DNA of 56,288 bases, taken from Leptospiraceae bacterium (lineage in GTDB: Bacteria > Spirochaetota > Leptospiria > Leptospirales > Leptospiraceae). The translations under genes and the position numbers were made by a program. Shown in pieces: positions 18,435 to 29,700 of the stretch. The notes beneath the pieces are model-generated. The model was not told the DNA's origin, did no database searches, and was given only the letters and a program-made list of their open reading frames with translations. Within the stretch, counting starts at the first letter, position 1. Each line of letters starts with the position of its first letter. The stretch is taken from NCBI GenBank assembly GCA_033762425.1, contig JANRLP010000007.1:1-56288 (forward strand), read 5' to 3'.

Positions 18435-18725
18435 CTAGTTCTGACTTGGTGTGGGAGTAGTATTTGTTGTTCCTGAACTGGTACTAGTGTTGGAACTTGA
18501 ATCAGAACTTTTTTCTGTAGATGAAGTTTTTCCTGAGTCTGACTTTTTATAGTCAGTAACATAAAACCCTGAACCCTTAAAGATGATTCCTGTTCCACCA
18601 GAAATTAATTTTTTAACAGAACCTTTTTCTTCACAAAGACATGTGGTCAGTGGTTCAGAACTTATTGATTGAAAATGTTCGAAAACCTTTTCACATTTTT
18701 CACACTTATAATCATAAGTAGGCAT
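18435..18725 (-). CDS. FmdB-family zinc-ribbon protein with Ser/Thr-rich C-terminal tail
   Basis: MPTYDYKCEKCEKVFEHFQS...TCLCEE matches the FmdB pattern (MP.Y.Y.C..C...F), followed by a low-complexity S/T-rich tail. Confidence 0.6.
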   Translation of the reverse strand: MPTYDYKCEKCEKVFEHFQSISSEPLTTCLCEEKGSVKKLISGGTGIIFKGSGFYVTDYKKSDSGKTSSTEKSSDSSSNTSTSSGTTNTTPTPSQN

Positions 18726-18831
18726 CTTAACTCACCTCTATCTAAATGCTTTTGGTAAAATACTCAGTAACTTTAATTAATCACTTGAGCAACTTCATTT
18801 CCAAAATTAATAAGTATAGAATGGAATCAAG

Positions 18832-19377
18832 CTAAATTTTATTTACATAATGAACATGAATCCCTTCATCCGTTTGAGTGATTTTAGTTAGGGATAGAAA
18901 TTCAATCTTAAATCTGAATGAGTTTTCCAGAGGAACACCTGTAAAAATGTTTAGAAAAGTACGAATCACTCCCGAATGAGTAACAACTAAATAGGTTTTA
19001 TCCCCAAGCCTTTTCAAGAAGTTTTCAGTTCTAGCCTTTACTTGTAGAAAACTTTCCCCACCAGGAACAATTTTATTCACAATATCACTTGTCCACAATT
19101 CAACTTCTTCTTTAGGAATATCGCTCCAATAACGATTTTCCCATTCACCAAAATTCATTTCTTTTAAGTCAGAATCAAGAATTGGATCAGATGAAAAAGA
19201 CTTAGCTAGTTTTTTACAACGAACCAAGGGACTAGAATAGGTAATAAATTCATTTGGTAGATAAGTTTTAATCTTATCAACTTCTTCTTGTGAAGCAGTT
19301 GCTTCAAAATCCGTAAAACCATAACATATTCCTTTTGGGCTTAGAATTTTAGGATGTCTTAGTAGATAAATTTCCAT
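18832..19377 (-). CDS. cobC: Histidine-phosphatase family protein, probable alpha-ribazole phosphatase (CobC-like)
   Basis: LLRHPK...VVTHSGVIRT phosphoglycerate-mutase-like motifs. Overlaps cobS and lies in a cobT-cobS-cobC chain. Confidence 0.6.
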   Translation of the reverse strand: MEIYLLRHPKILSPKGICYGFTDFEATASQEEVDKIKTYLPNEFITYSSPLVRCKKLAKSFSSDPILDSDLKEMNFGEWENRYWSDIPKEEVELWTSDIVNKIVPGGESFLQVKARTENFLKRLGDKTYLVVTHSGVIRTFLNIFTGVPLENSFRFKIEFLSLTKITQTDEGIHVHYVNKI

Positions 19378-20135
19378 TTGCTTACTCCAAGAACTGTGAA
19401 ATAAATCATTACCTCTGATACCTGTTGCACTGCGCCTAGCCCATCTCCAGTAAAACCTTTTGTAATCTTAAAATAATGAAAACGAAAAACTAAATGAACT
19501 ATCACAATTGCAACTAACGTTAGAATAAATGATTTAGGAAGAAAGTAGAATAGAACAAGTATTGGTAAAGAAGCAAATATTAGCTCAATAAACGTTAGTT
19601 GATTTGCCATTGGTTTAGACTTACCAGTTGTACTAGCATAAATATCTGTAACTAAAAAAGCAATCGCGTTGAATCTACTTAGACTATGACCAAGGAGAAT
19701 TACTAAAAAAAGTAAAGAAGTCTCTACTCTCTCAAGCAGAATCAATTTTAAACTTAAGAGCAAAAAAATTCCTATGGTTCCAAATGCACCAATTCTTGAA
19801 TCTCTCATGATAGAAATGATCTTTTCTTTATCTCCAAACCCACCACCATAACCATCACAAAAATCTGTGAACCCATCTTCATGAAAAGCTCCTGTGACTA
19901 GAATTGTTGTGATCATAGAAACGAGTATAGCAAGTAGTTTAAACTCAAAAATTATATTTATAAACTGAAATGCTAAAAATCCAATCGTTCCAATGATAAT
20001 TCCAACAAGTGGAAAGTACTTTCCTGATTTGTTCAATTCCTCAGTGGAGTAGTCAGGAGTGATGACTGTAGGGAGTATGGTTAAGAATTGAATTGCTAAT
20101 AAAAATTCGTTAAACTCTCTAGCTAAAAATTTCAA
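19359..20135 (-). CDS. cobS: Adenosylcobinamide-GDP ribazoletransferase (cobalamin synthase)
   Basis: Roughly 250-aa polytopic membrane protein with a CobS-like sequence, sitting between cobT and cobC. Confidence 0.75.
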   Translation of the reverse strand: MKFLAREFNEFLLAIQFLTILPTVITPDYSTEELNKSGKYFPLVGIIIGTIGFLAFQFINIIFEFKLLAILVSMITTILVTGAFHEDGFTDFCDGYGGGFGDKEKIISIMRDSRIGAFGTIGIFLLLSLKLILLERVETSLLFLVILLGHSLSRFNAIAFLVTDIYASTTGKSKPMANQLTFIELIFASLPILVLFYFLPKSFILTLVAIVIVHLVFRFHYFKITKGFTGDGLGAVQQVSEVMIYFTVLGVSKWKFIY

Positions 20136-21196
20136 GCTTTTCTAGATACCTTAGCTTCTTCAAAAGAAGACATCTCCGTTAGCATTAATGTAGCGGATTG
20201 GATAATCGGAAATGCAAGAGCTGCACCTGTTCCTTCCCCTAGTCTCATTTCCAAATTCAGAATTGGAAATTTTCCAAGCTTAGATAAAATAAGACTATGC
20301 ATTGGCTCAGCTGATAAATGTGAAAAAATACAATAGTCTAAAATCTTTCTATTGATTTTTAGTGCAAAGAGTAACGCAGAACTAACGATGCTTCCATCAA
20401 TTAGAATCACCATTCTTCTAGAAGCTGCTTCTAAAATTCCTCCTGCAATCATTGCAATTTCATAACCACCAAAATTAGAAAGGATATCCAGTGGATCTTT
20501 TGAAGAATTTCGATTTTTTAAGGCACTAGTCAAAACAAAATTTTTTCTAGTAAGTCCTTTGGGAGAAAGTCCAGTTCCCTTACCAATACATTTCTTAAGA
20601 GGTATGTTTAGAAACAAACTAGTAAGAACGGATGCACTTGAAGAGTTTCCAATTCCCATCTCACCAAAACCTATGATGTTTGTACCGCTGAAACTTTCTT
20701 TTCTAACTAACTCACGACCAGTTTGAATTGCTTCTAAAGTTTCTTCTCTTGTCATTGCTCTTTCAAGCAAAAAATTTCTTGTTCCGTTACCAATTTTTTT
20801 TGAGACTAAATTTTCTGTATTGATAAACTCACCATCTACTCCTGCATCAATGATTGAAAGTCCGATGGAATGTTGTTTACAAAAGACATTGATTGCTGCT
20901 CCTTCATTCAAAAAATTCATAACCATTTGGTACGTTACTTCTTTTGGATATGCACTTACCTTTGCATCAGTGATTCCATGGTCGGAAGCAAACACTAAAA
21001 ATTTAGGAGAGTGAATTTTAGGACTGAGGGAATTTTGAATTAATGCAATTTGTTTTGCAATCTCTTCCAATTTTCCCAAAGAGCCAATTGGTTTTGTTTT
21101 ATTATTAATTTTTTCCTCAATTTTTTTTAATAATCTATGGTCTAATTTAGGAATTAATATTTTTTTAAGCAGTCTATAATTTTCTTTCCAGTTCAC
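20132..21196 (-). CDS. cobT: Nicotinate-nucleotide--dimethylbenzimidazole phosphoribosyltransferase
   Basis: KPIGSLGKLEEIAKQIALIQ N-terminal motif and GFGEMGIGNSS core typical of CobT. Confidence 0.85.
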   Translation of the reverse strand: MNWKENYRLLKKILIPKLDHRLLKKIEEKINNKTKPIGSLGKLEEIAKQIALIQNSLSPKIHSPKFLVFASDHGITDAKVSAYPKEVTYQMVMNFLNEGAAINVFCKQHSIGLSIIDAGVDGEFINTENLVSKKIGNGTRNFLLERAMTREETLEAIQTGRELVRKESFSGTNIIGFGEMGIGNSSSASVLTSLFLNIPLKKCIGKGTGLSPKGLTRKNFVLTSALKNRNSSKDPLDILSNFGGYEIAMIAGGILEAASRRMVILIDGSIVSSALLFALKINRKILDYCIFSHLSAEPMHSLILSKLGKFPILNLEMRLGEGTGAALAFPIIQSATLMLTEMSSFEEAKVSRKA

Positions 21197-21245
21197 AAAC
21201 CCAATTTTTATTTACATAACAATAAGAAAAGAATTTTACTACACT

Positions 21246-22043
21246 ATGGCTAAGATCACAAGTTTCTCGAATGAAAAAATTAAATTCATTCAAAAATTAA
21301 AAAGTAAAAAAGACAGAGAAGAAAACTCATTATTTGTAATAGAAGGATATCGAGAAATCAAAAAAGCAATTCTTGGGAAAGTAAAATTCCACAGTCTTTT
21401 TTACTCTAGTGAATGTTTCCTAGGGGAAAATGAATTTGAACTCATTGAAAACCTAAACTTGAAAGAATCGAGTATCTTTGAACTATCTAGACCTGTATTC
21501 GAAAAAATTTCTTATAGAGATAGACCTGATGGACTGATCTGCCTTGCAAAACTTCCCGAACAAGTTTCCATCGCTGAGATTCAACTAGAAACAAAGTCAG
21601 TATATCTTGTCATTGAAGGTGTAGAAAAGCCGGGAAATTTAGGAACCATTCTCAGAACTGCTGAAGGTGCAGGAGTTAAGGCAGTATTTGTAGCCGACCC
21701 AAGAATTGATCTATATAACCCTAATGTAATTAGAGCAAGCACAGGAACTATTTTCACCCTTCCAGTTTTTCTCGGAAAGATTGATGAAATCATTGCATTG
21801 TTTAAAAAAAGTTCCTTCAAGGTAATGAGCGTTACTCCTGAAGCAGAGCAACTATACTTTAAGACTGATCTAAAACAAGATTTGGTTTTCCTATTTGGTA
21901 GTGAACAATATGGACTTTCTGATTATGCAAAATTAAATTCTGATTTAAGCATTTCTATTCCGATGAAAGGTGAGGCTGATTCATTAAACCTAGCTATGTC
22001 AGTAGGAATATTGTTATACGATACTATCAGACAAAGATACTAA
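21246..22043 (+). CDS. TrmH/SpoU-family RNA 2'-O-methyltransferase
   Basis: VIEGVEKPGNLGTILRTAEGAGV and LNLAMSVGILLYD SPOUT motifs. Confidence 0.8.
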   Translation: MAKITSFSNEKIKFIQKLKSKKDREENSLFVIEGYREIKKAILGKVKFHSLFYSSECFLGENEFELIENLNLKESSIFELSRPVFEKISYRDRPDGLICLAKLPEQVSIAEIQLETKSVYLVIEGVEKPGNLGTILRTAEGAGVKAVFVADPRIDLYNPNVIRASTGTIFTLPVFLGKIDEIIALFKKSSFKVMSVTPEAEQLYFKTDLKQDLVFLFGSEQYGLSDYAKLNSDLSISIPMKGEADSLNLAMSVGILLYDTIRQRY

Positions 22044-22045
22044 CT

Positions 22046-23107
22046 ATGAAAATAGCTTTTTATGTAAGTAGTCATGGTTTTGGCCATATTAGTAGATGTT
22101 CATCATTGATAGAATACTTGATTCAAGAGAATCATGAAGTGGTTTTGATGACTTTAAGAAAAAATTTCTTTCAAGTAATTCCAGACAAACTTGTTATCAG
22201 GGTAATAGCAACTGATCTAGGAGTTGAACAAAAGAATTCTTTAGAAGTAGATATTTCTAAAACATTAGAAAAACTATTAGAGTCTGAAAAAAATAAAAAA
22301 CTAATAATAGAAAAAGAACTAGATTTCTTAAACGAGTTTAAACCTGATATTTTAGTTTCTGATAGCTCATCCATGCCATTTTTATTTTCCAGCAAATTAA
22401 AAATAAGAAGTTATTTTTTAGGAAACTTTACTTGGGATTTTATTTATGAAAACTATTCAAAACTTCATCCTGAATTCTTACGAATTTCTAGGAGTTTAAA
22501 AAATGAATATTCACTTGCAGATTATGCACTCATACTTCCTTTCTCTTGCCCAATCAATGTTTTTAAGAATACAAAGATTGTAGGCGTGCTTGGAAGAAAA
22601 CCTAATAATGATAAAAAAACACTGCGCGAGAAATTTCAGTTTGATGAAGGTATGATTTATTACCTCTTCTCATTTGGTGCTTATGGGCTAGAATTTCAAA
22701 ACTTTCAGCTGGAAAATCTAAATGAAAAAGAAAGAATTGTTGTTTCCCGATTAGAAGCTTTAGACCATGAAAAGGTAATTCGAATAGACGATGCTCATTA
22801 TCCTGATTTGGTATCTGCCTGTGACTATGTTGTAACAAAACCCGGCTATGGAATCCTGAGTGAATGTTTTTTTGGTAAAACCCCAATACTATTCACGGAT
22901 AGAGGTGATTTTGCTGAATATCCATTTCTAGTAAATGCAATTGAGAACCATCTAATTGGATCTTACATTAGCAATGAAGAACTATTCCAACTAAACCTCC
23001 AAGAAGCAATTCAAAGAATACCTAAAAATTGGATGCCAAAGGTCCAAATTTCCTCTTTTGGACTTGAAGAAATTTATTCATTTTTTTTGAATCCTAGCCT
23101 AATTTGA
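22046..23107 (+). CDS. Glycosyltransferase-like protein (MJ1255/UDP-glycosyltransferase-fold family)
   Basis: N-terminus MKIAFYVSSHGFGHISRCSSL resembles the GxGHxxR motif of GT-B-like families. Function not resolvable from sequence alone. Confidence 0.4.
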   Translation: MKIAFYVSSHGFGHISRCSSLIEYLIQENHEVVLMTLRKNFFQVIPDKLVIRVIATDLGVEQKNSLEVDISKTLEKLLESEKNKKLIIEKELDFLNEFKPDILVSDSSSMPFLFSSKLKIRSYFLGNFTWDFIYENYSKLHPEFLRISRSLKNEYSLADYALILPFSCPINVFKNTKIVGVLGRKPNNDKKTLREKFQFDEGMIYYLFSFGAYGLEFQNFQLENLNEKERIVVSRLEALDHEKVIRIDDAHYPDLVSACDYVVTKPGYGILSECFFGKTPILFTDRGDFAEYPFLVNAIENHLIGSYISNEELFQLNLQEAIQRIPKNWMPKVQISSFGLEEIYSFFLNPSLI

Positions 23108-23188
23108 CTTTTCATAGATTATAGTATTGGGAATATGTATCAAAATTTAAAGTCGAATGACTTAACAACAGTTACTGGAGAATATAGT

Positions 23189-23449
23189 ATGTTCAAAAAG
23201 TTTGGGGTAATGCTCCTTTTAATTTCCTTTCTTTCACTAGGCAATCTTTTTGCTCAAGCAGAAGAAGTAGATAACGCTCCTGAAGAAGAAATCACTGACA
23301 CAGATAAAAAAACACCTGCTAAAGAAAATTCTTCCAAAAAAGAAGCTAAGCTAGAGAAAAAAGCTAGCAAAAAAGATAAAAAAGCTGCAAAGAAAAAAGC
23401 TAAGAAAGCCAAAAAAGCAGAAGCTCCAGCAGAAAAAACTACTGAGTAG
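23189..23449 (+). CDS. Small secreted Lys/Ala-rich protein (histone-H1-like basic tail)
   Basis: GGAG 8 nt upstream of the internal ATG. Signal peptide MFKKFGVMLLLISFLSLGNLFAQA, then an acidic stretch, then KKAAKKKAKKAKKAEAP repeats. The ORF-track start at 23135 is probably too far upstream. Confidence 0.45.
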   Translation: MFKKFGVMLLLISFLSLGNLFAQAEEVDNAPEEEITDTDKKTPAKENSSKKEAKLEKKASKKDKKAAKKKAKKAKKAEAPAEKTTE

Positions 23450-23462
23450 GAATAAAAAATCT

Positions 23463-23484
23463 AAGGAGAGTTTTTACTCTCCTT
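23463..23484. terminator. Bidirectional hairpin terminator between convergent genes
   Basis: AAGGAGAGT-TTTT-ACTCTCCTT perfect 9-bp stem, flanked by T/A runs on both strands; overlaps the MCP stop codon. Confidence 0.5.
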
Positions 23485-25546
23485 CTTTCTTCAAATTAAA
23501 AAATCCCACCTTCAATTTTAAGTTCTCAGCAATTTTCGATAGTTCTTTGGTTCTAATTGCAATCAGATTTGATTCATCAGAATTCGATTGAGTGATTTGG
23601 TTGATCACAGCAATGGAACGAACAATTTCATCAAATGAAATCTTATCATTAGCAGTGATTTCTTGAATTTGTTTCGCTCTCGATTTTGCTACCTGTGACT
23701 CTCTCTCCACGGACTGTTTCATAGAGTATTGTTTTTGCATTTGAACATCTACTTGATTCATCAGAGAAACGATTTCAGAAATTCCATTCGTGATCGAATT
23801 AGTTTTTGAAAGCATTACAACAACACTCTGTTTTCCATTTTCAATCTCTTTATTATTTTTCTTGATCAGTGAATCAATTCCTTTTAGGCTAGAGGCAGTT
23901 TGGTCAGCTAGTTTAGAAATTTCACTTGCTACTACAGCAAAACCTAGTCCTGCATCCCCTGCCCTTGCTGCTTCAATGGATGCATTCAAAGCAAGTAAAT
24001 TAATTTTTTCTGAAATCTCTCCAATGATCCCAATTATTTTAGTGATGTCTTTAGAACTATCAACAATGGTTTTCATGCTTTGGTCCATAGAAGCTAGAGA
24101 TTCACCACCTGAAATTGCATCTGCAGAAATTTTAGAAGAATTTTTTAGCGAAGATTGAATGAGTTCTTTCATATCATCAATTGTTATCGAAAGCTCAGTT
24201 AGTCTTTCGCTCAATGTTTCTAGGTTTTCAAATTGAACATTAGCATTCTTTGCAACTGAATCAACATTTTGTGAAAGACTTTCAATGGATGAACTGATCT
24301 GTTCCATGGTTGCTGCTTGGTTTTGAGCGTTATCAGAATAGTTAATTGTTGAGATGGAAACATTAGAAGAATTTGCTGCAACTTCTTCAGCTAAGATTTT
24401 TACATCTATTATGACTGTGCTTAACTTTGAGTCTAGTTTATTATATGCTGTTGCAAGACTTCCAATCTCATCCTCAGTTTTCACAGAAACTTTTTTACCT
24501 AATTTTCCATTTGCTAGATGCCTAAATGCAATTACAATACTTTGAATTGGTTGGGTGAGAGAAATTGTTCCCTTATAAAAAACAAATGTTACTAGGATTA
24601 TTGAAAAAAAGCAAATCACTAAAGTTCCAATTGCTATGATTTTTATGGACTCAGTCATATTCTTTCTAGGAACTACATAGACAACCTTCCAATTAGTTGT
24701 TCTTAAAGAAACTCTAACTACATCAATTTGACCCATTCCCTTGTGCTGAAATTCAAAAGTCTTATCAACATCCATTTCTTTCAGAAAATTCTGATCAAAT
24801 TCTTCACCAAAAAAATCTTTAATATTCTTCTTTAAGAAATTATTATCTGAAGTGATTGTGATGGTTCCAGTATTATCTATTAAAAAAACCTTTGCTTCAT
24901 AACTAGGGTCAGTTTCAGTAAACTCTTTGCTGACTTTATTGAAGTTCATGGAAACACCAGCTATGCCCTCTGGATTGGTTGGGCTACCAATGATTGCATT
25001 AATGAATAGAAAAAGATTTCCTGTCCCATCTGTATTGATGTTTATTTGAAATCTTTCTTTCACTTCCAAAGCCTTATAGAACCAAGAATTTTGTTCTGTG
25101 TTTTCTAACTTAAGGGGAATAGGATTATTTGCTCGATAATAACTTAAGGTTCTTTTGTTAGCGGCAAAACTGCCGGTATAATCAGAATGGATTAGAATGT
25201 TTTTTAACTTTTTTTCTACTAATTCTTTAAGTAGTGGATTTTGCTCGTAACCCTTGAACCAATCATTTAAAGTTGGGTCATTAGCAAGCTCAATTGAAGT
25301 CTCTAAAGCTCTAGAAAGTCTTGTTTCAATTTGTTCTGCCTTAAATCTAGCAATCTGGAAAAGATCTTCAGTTTTTAATTTATGAATTAAAACGCCTTTA
25401 GCTAAAAAATAGCTAACCCCACCAGTTAGAGAAACAGCAAAAAGTAAAGATAAAGTAGCAATAGCTATAAATTTATAGCTAATTTTACTAAAAACTTTAG
25501 ATACAGAAAATTTCACTATAAACCAATATCTAAATTCTAAATACAC
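23474..25546 (-). CDS. Methyl-accepting chemotaxis protein with periplasmic sensor (Cache-like), HAMP and MCP signalling domain
   Basis: HAMP ([31 protein letters not shown]) and the highly conserved MCP hairpin ([33 protein letters not shown]). Confidence 0.85.
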   Translation of the reverse strand: MYLEFRYWFIVKFSVSKVFSKISYKFIAIATLSLLFAVSLTGGVSYFLAKGVLIHKLKTEDLFQIARFKAEQIETRLSRALETSIELANDPTLNDWFKGYEQNPLLKELVEKKLKNILIHSDYTGSFAANKRTLSYYRANNPIPLKLENTEQNSWFYKALEVKERFQININTDGTGNLFLFINAIIGSPTNPEGIAGVSMNFNKVSKEFTETDPSYEAKVFLIDNTGTITITSDNNFLKKNIKDFFGEEFDQNFLKEMDVDKTFEFQHKGMGQIDVVRVSLRTTNWKVVYVVPRKNMTESIKIIAIGTLVICFFSIILVTFVFYKGTISLTQPIQSIVIAFRHLANGKLGKKVSVKTEDEIGSLATAYNKLDSKLSTVIIDVKILAEEVAANSSNVSISTINYSDNAQNQAATMEQISSSIESLSQNVDSVAKNANVQFENLETLSERLTELSITIDDMKELIQSSLKNSSKISADAISGGESLASMDQSMKTIVDSSKDITKIIGIIGEISEKINLLALNASIEAARAGDAGLGFAVVASEISKLADQTASSLKGIDSLIKKNNKEIENGKQSVVVMLSKTNSITNGISEIVSLMNQVDVQMQKQYSMKQSVERESQVAKSRAKQIQEITANDKISFDEIVRSIAVINQITQSNSDESNLIAIRTKELSKIAENLKLKVGFFNLKKEGE

Positions 25547-25587
25547 TTACAACTTCAAAATTTTTCACCGAAAATAGTTTTATTGTT

Positions 25588-26556
25588 ATGAAATACTTTT
25601 TTAAAAAGCTAATAGTCTTCTTTTATCTATTATTAACTTTAGTCACATTAGAAATATTTTTCTCTTTCTTAAATGATACTGAATTCTTGGAAAGAAGTGC
25701 AGGAACATACTCTCTTTTTCCAAATACAACTGTAGTTGATAAAACCTTAGAACGAAGAACGTTAGTTAGCACAAATTCTAGTGGATTTAGGCAGTCAGGA
25801 AGTTCTGAGAAAGTTTTTCCAAATCTTTTCTTAGGAGGATCTCATTGCTTTGGACTTGGAGTTTTAGAAAATGAATCTTTTTTTACTAGGCTAAACAAAA
25901 AAAATAATTATTCTTTTTATAATGGTTGTATCATAAATTTTTCAATAACTTCAGTTTTTATGAACTTAGAATCCATTCTAAACAAATTCAAACCAAAAAA
26001 AATTCTCTTAACACTGACAGATTCAGATTTTGGTAAACTTCAATCTGATAATGTTCTGAATAGAAATACTCAAACCATTGTTCAAGAAACAATAATGGAT
26101 TTGTTATACCAATCTGATACTTTTAAACTATTTTTTAAAAATTATCTTTCAAGAAAAAAATTCTATAAACAAGGTAAAGAACCCAATGATCCTATTCTAA
26201 ATAGAGAAGAATTAAAACTAGTCCAACAAAATTTATCTTTTGAAAATACTAATAATGATTACTCAAGAGAAAAAGTAATTTTAGAAGAAATGTTTTTGAA
26301 CTTAAAGCAAAGAAAAATTGAGTTAGAAATTCTTTATATTCCTTCTAAATATTATTGGAAGAAAAAATTTATTTCTAAAAAGAAACAAAATATAGAGGAG
26401 CTTATTTCAAATTTCTGTGATGAAAAAAAATTAAGATGTTTTTTTCCGGCTTCAAAAATAAAATTTGATCCTGAAGATTTTTTTTATATTCTAGATAGTG
26501 AACTAAATAAGTTCGGACACGAGAAAATCAGTGAAATAATTAAATTACAAAATTAA
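25588..26556 (+). CDS. Membrane-anchored AlgJ/DltD-like SGNH-fold hypothetical protein
   Basis: N-terminal TM helix and a GDSL-like block LFLGGSHCFGLGV. Weak family assignment. Confidence 0.35.
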   Translation: MKYFFKKLIVFFYLLLTLVTLEIFFSFLNDTEFLERSAGTYSLFPNTTVVDKTLERRTLVSTNSSGFRQSGSSEKVFPNLFLGGSHCFGLGVLENESFFTRLNKKNNYSFYNGCIINFSITSVFMNLESILNKFKPKKILLTLTDSDFGKLQSDNVLNRNTQTIVQETIMDLLYQSDTFKLFFKNYLSRKKFYKQGKEPNDPILNREELKLVQQNLSFENTNNDYSREKVILEEMFLNLKQRKIELEILYIPSKYYWKKKFISKKKQNIEELISNFCDEKKLRCFFPASKIKFDPEDFFYILDSELNKFGHEKISEIIKLQN

Positions 26557-26716
26557 TTTTTAAATCAGTTTCCAAATTCTGCTCATTTCTTTAAATTATA
26601 CTGGATTTACCTATTCTAGGCAAGAAATTTAAGTTGAGTATAATTTTTAATATTTTTTTTTTCTATTTGCGAACACAATGTAGTTTCATAGACTGGTTAA
26701 CCTACTAGAGTATATT

Positions 26717-29700
26717 ATGGAAAAAATTGGAGAGTTTCTTCTTTTAGAAAAAATCGCTGAGACGAAAAAGTCTGCAATCTACAGAGCCAAAAAATCTTCT
26801 GACACTCAAAAAGTAGTTTTGAAAATTCTGAAAAGAGAATTTAACTCAGCTGTAGAAATTGCTAGGATCAAACAAGAAAGTAGTCTAGTAGAAAATCTTT
26901 CCATAAATGGTATCATTCTAAGTAAAGGTATTCTTATTAGTGAAAATACTGTTGCTTTGATTCTAGAAGATACTGGTGGAACCTCCTTAAAGCAGTTCTT
27001 AAATCAATATTCAGTGAACTATATGGACTTTTTTCCCATAGCGATTAGTCTTGCTAATACACTAGCTCTAATCCATAGTAATAACATCATTCATAAAGAC
27101 ATTAAACCTCATAACATCATTGTTGATCATATCTCTGGGGAAATCCAAAATGCTAGGATTACTGATTTTGGAATTTCAACTATTATAAATGAAAAGATAG
27201 CTGAAATTTATGAAACTAGTACGATCGAAGGAACTCTTCCCTACATCTCTCCCGAACAAACGGGAAGAATGAATTTGAATGTAGACTATAGAACTGATCT
27301 ATATTCTCTTGGAATCACATTTTTTGAAATTTTAACTGGCAAGCTTCCTTTTGAATCCAGAGATCCACTTGAACTCATTCACCAACACATGGCTAAAGAG
27401 GCTCCCAAAGTTCATGAAATCAATAAATCCATCCCAGAAGTTTTATCATCTATCATTACTAAACTGATTGCGAAATCACCAGAGGATAGATACCAAAGTG
27501 CTTATGGATTAAAAAATGAACTTGAATATTGTTATACTGAAATTAAAAAATCAGGAAAGTCATTCAGCTTTCAACCGGGTTTTATGGACATATGTGATCG
27601 TTTCATCATTCCACAAAAACTTTTTGGAAGAGAAAATGAAGTTGAGAAACTCTTAAACAGCTTTGAATCAGTTACATTTGGAAAAACTAAAATAGTTCTT
27701 GTTTCAGGTGACCCAGGAATTGGAAAATCCAGATTAGTAAACGAAATTCATAAACCACTAATTAAACACAAAGGTTATTTCATCACAGGTAAATATGATC
27801 AGATTAGAAGAGAGGTTCCATTCAGTTCAATAATTCAATCCTTTCAAACACTATTAAAGCAAATTCTTGCTGAAAGCGAAGAAAGAATTTCTTACTGGAG
27901 AGAAGAATTAAAACTAGCGTTAGGCGATAATGGTAAAGTTATTTCTTCTGTCATTCCTGAACTTGAACTCATTCTTGGAAAGCAACAAGAAATCTCTGAA
28001 CTAAGTCCAGAAGAGTCCATGAACAGATTCTATTATACTTTTTTAAATTTTGTGAAAGTCTTCACTAAAAGAGATCATCCTATCACTTTATTCCTAGATG
28101 ACTTACAGTGGGCTGATCTTCCAAGTCTAAATTTATTAAAGATTATTCTGCAAGATAGAAAACTCAATCACCTACTAATCATTTTTGCATTTAGAGATGG
28201 AGAGGTTGGTGAATCTCACCCTTTCAAAATTCTAATAAGTGAACTTGAAAAAATGAATCGTGAAATAGATTCAATTCATCTAGATTCTTTAAAGATTAAT
28301 GATGTTGAAAATTTTATTGTTCATCTAATTGGAAACCAACAAACTAAATCTAGAGTTATTAGCAATATATTGTATGAAAAAACTAGAGGTAATCCCTTTT
28401 TTCTGAACCAGTTTACTAAAAGGTTATATGAAGAAAAGATTATAGAGTTTACTGTTGGAAAAGGTTGGAGTTGCGATTTTGAAAGAATTCAAAGCTTAGA
28501 AGTAACTGATAATGTTGTTGAGCTTATGGCAAAGAAAATTGCGTCCCTATCTCCAACATCAATGAAACTTTTGGAACTAGCCTCATGTATAGGAAATAGA
28601 TTTACACTAGAGCAACTTTCTCTTGTTAATGAAACTTCAATTGAAGAAACCTTATTCATTCTGAATGAAACTCTACAAGAAGGTTTTGTGACTTTTTCGA
28701 AGGATTATTATAAATTCTTACATGATAGAATTCAAGAGGCAGCATATTCACTAATCACTGATGAAGAAAAAATTCTCTATCATAGGAAAATTGGTGAACT
28801 GACTTTAAAAGATTCTATAGGTGAAAAAATTTTTGAGAATGTTTTTTATATAGCAGATCAATTTAATAAAGCTATTCCAAGTTTCCTTGAAGAAGATGAG
28901 AAGCTCAAGCTTATAGAGCTTAATTTACTTGCTGGCAAAAAAGCTTTGTCCTCAGCTGCATATTTCTCTGCATTTCATTATTTTAAGACTTGCCTTCAAG
29001 TAATCAAGTCATTTCCAGATTTTTGGAATGAAAAGTATTCTCTTACACTATCCATATATACTTATACTGCTGAGTCAGCATACCTTTGTTTAAAATATGA
29101 TGAGATGGAAGTTTATTCTGATGAAGCTCTAAGTAAAACACAAAGTATGATTGATAGAATCAGTATTTATGAAATTAAAATTAAAACTTTTATAGCTAGA
29201 TATGATTTAAAAAATGCTGTTGAAGAAGGACTAAGAGTTCTAAAGGAATTAGGAATTAGATTTCCTAAAAAACCTAATCCTGGACATGCTGTTTTAAGTC
29301 TTTTGAGTGCAAAAATTAAACTCCTAATTAGAAATGACAATATATTAGATTTACCTAAATTAGAAGATGCTAATACACTTGCTGCAATTAGGATTATCTC
29401 AACAATCAATTCGGCTACTTATTTTGCAGCCCCAGACTTACTTCCTTTATTACTTTTAAAGGTAGTAAACTTATCTCTTTCTAAAGGGAACTCTCGTTTT
29501 TCAGCATATAATTTTGTAGGCTTTGGACTCATTCTTTGTTCATTAGAATTTTTTCTTTATGGAAATAAAATTGGAAAACTTGCAATTGAGCTTGTAGAAA
29601 AACAAAATCAAAAAGAAGAAAAGCCCAGAGTTTATTTCGTATATAATACATTTGTTAGACCTTGGGTTGAGCCAGTCAGCAATTGCTTGGATCCTCTTTT

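Noticed and set aside
21197-21245. Looked for a cobalamin riboswitch upstream of cobT-cobS-cobC
   Set aside because: Only 49 bp separate cobT from the divergent trmH-like gene. That is far too short for a B12 riboswitch, and no B12-box was seen.
26557-26716. Perfect TATAAT at about 26637 upstream of the giant kinase gene
   Set aside because: The best -35 candidate (TAGGCA) is poor, and AT-rich intergenic DNA produces TATAAT by chance. It was not reported as a feature.
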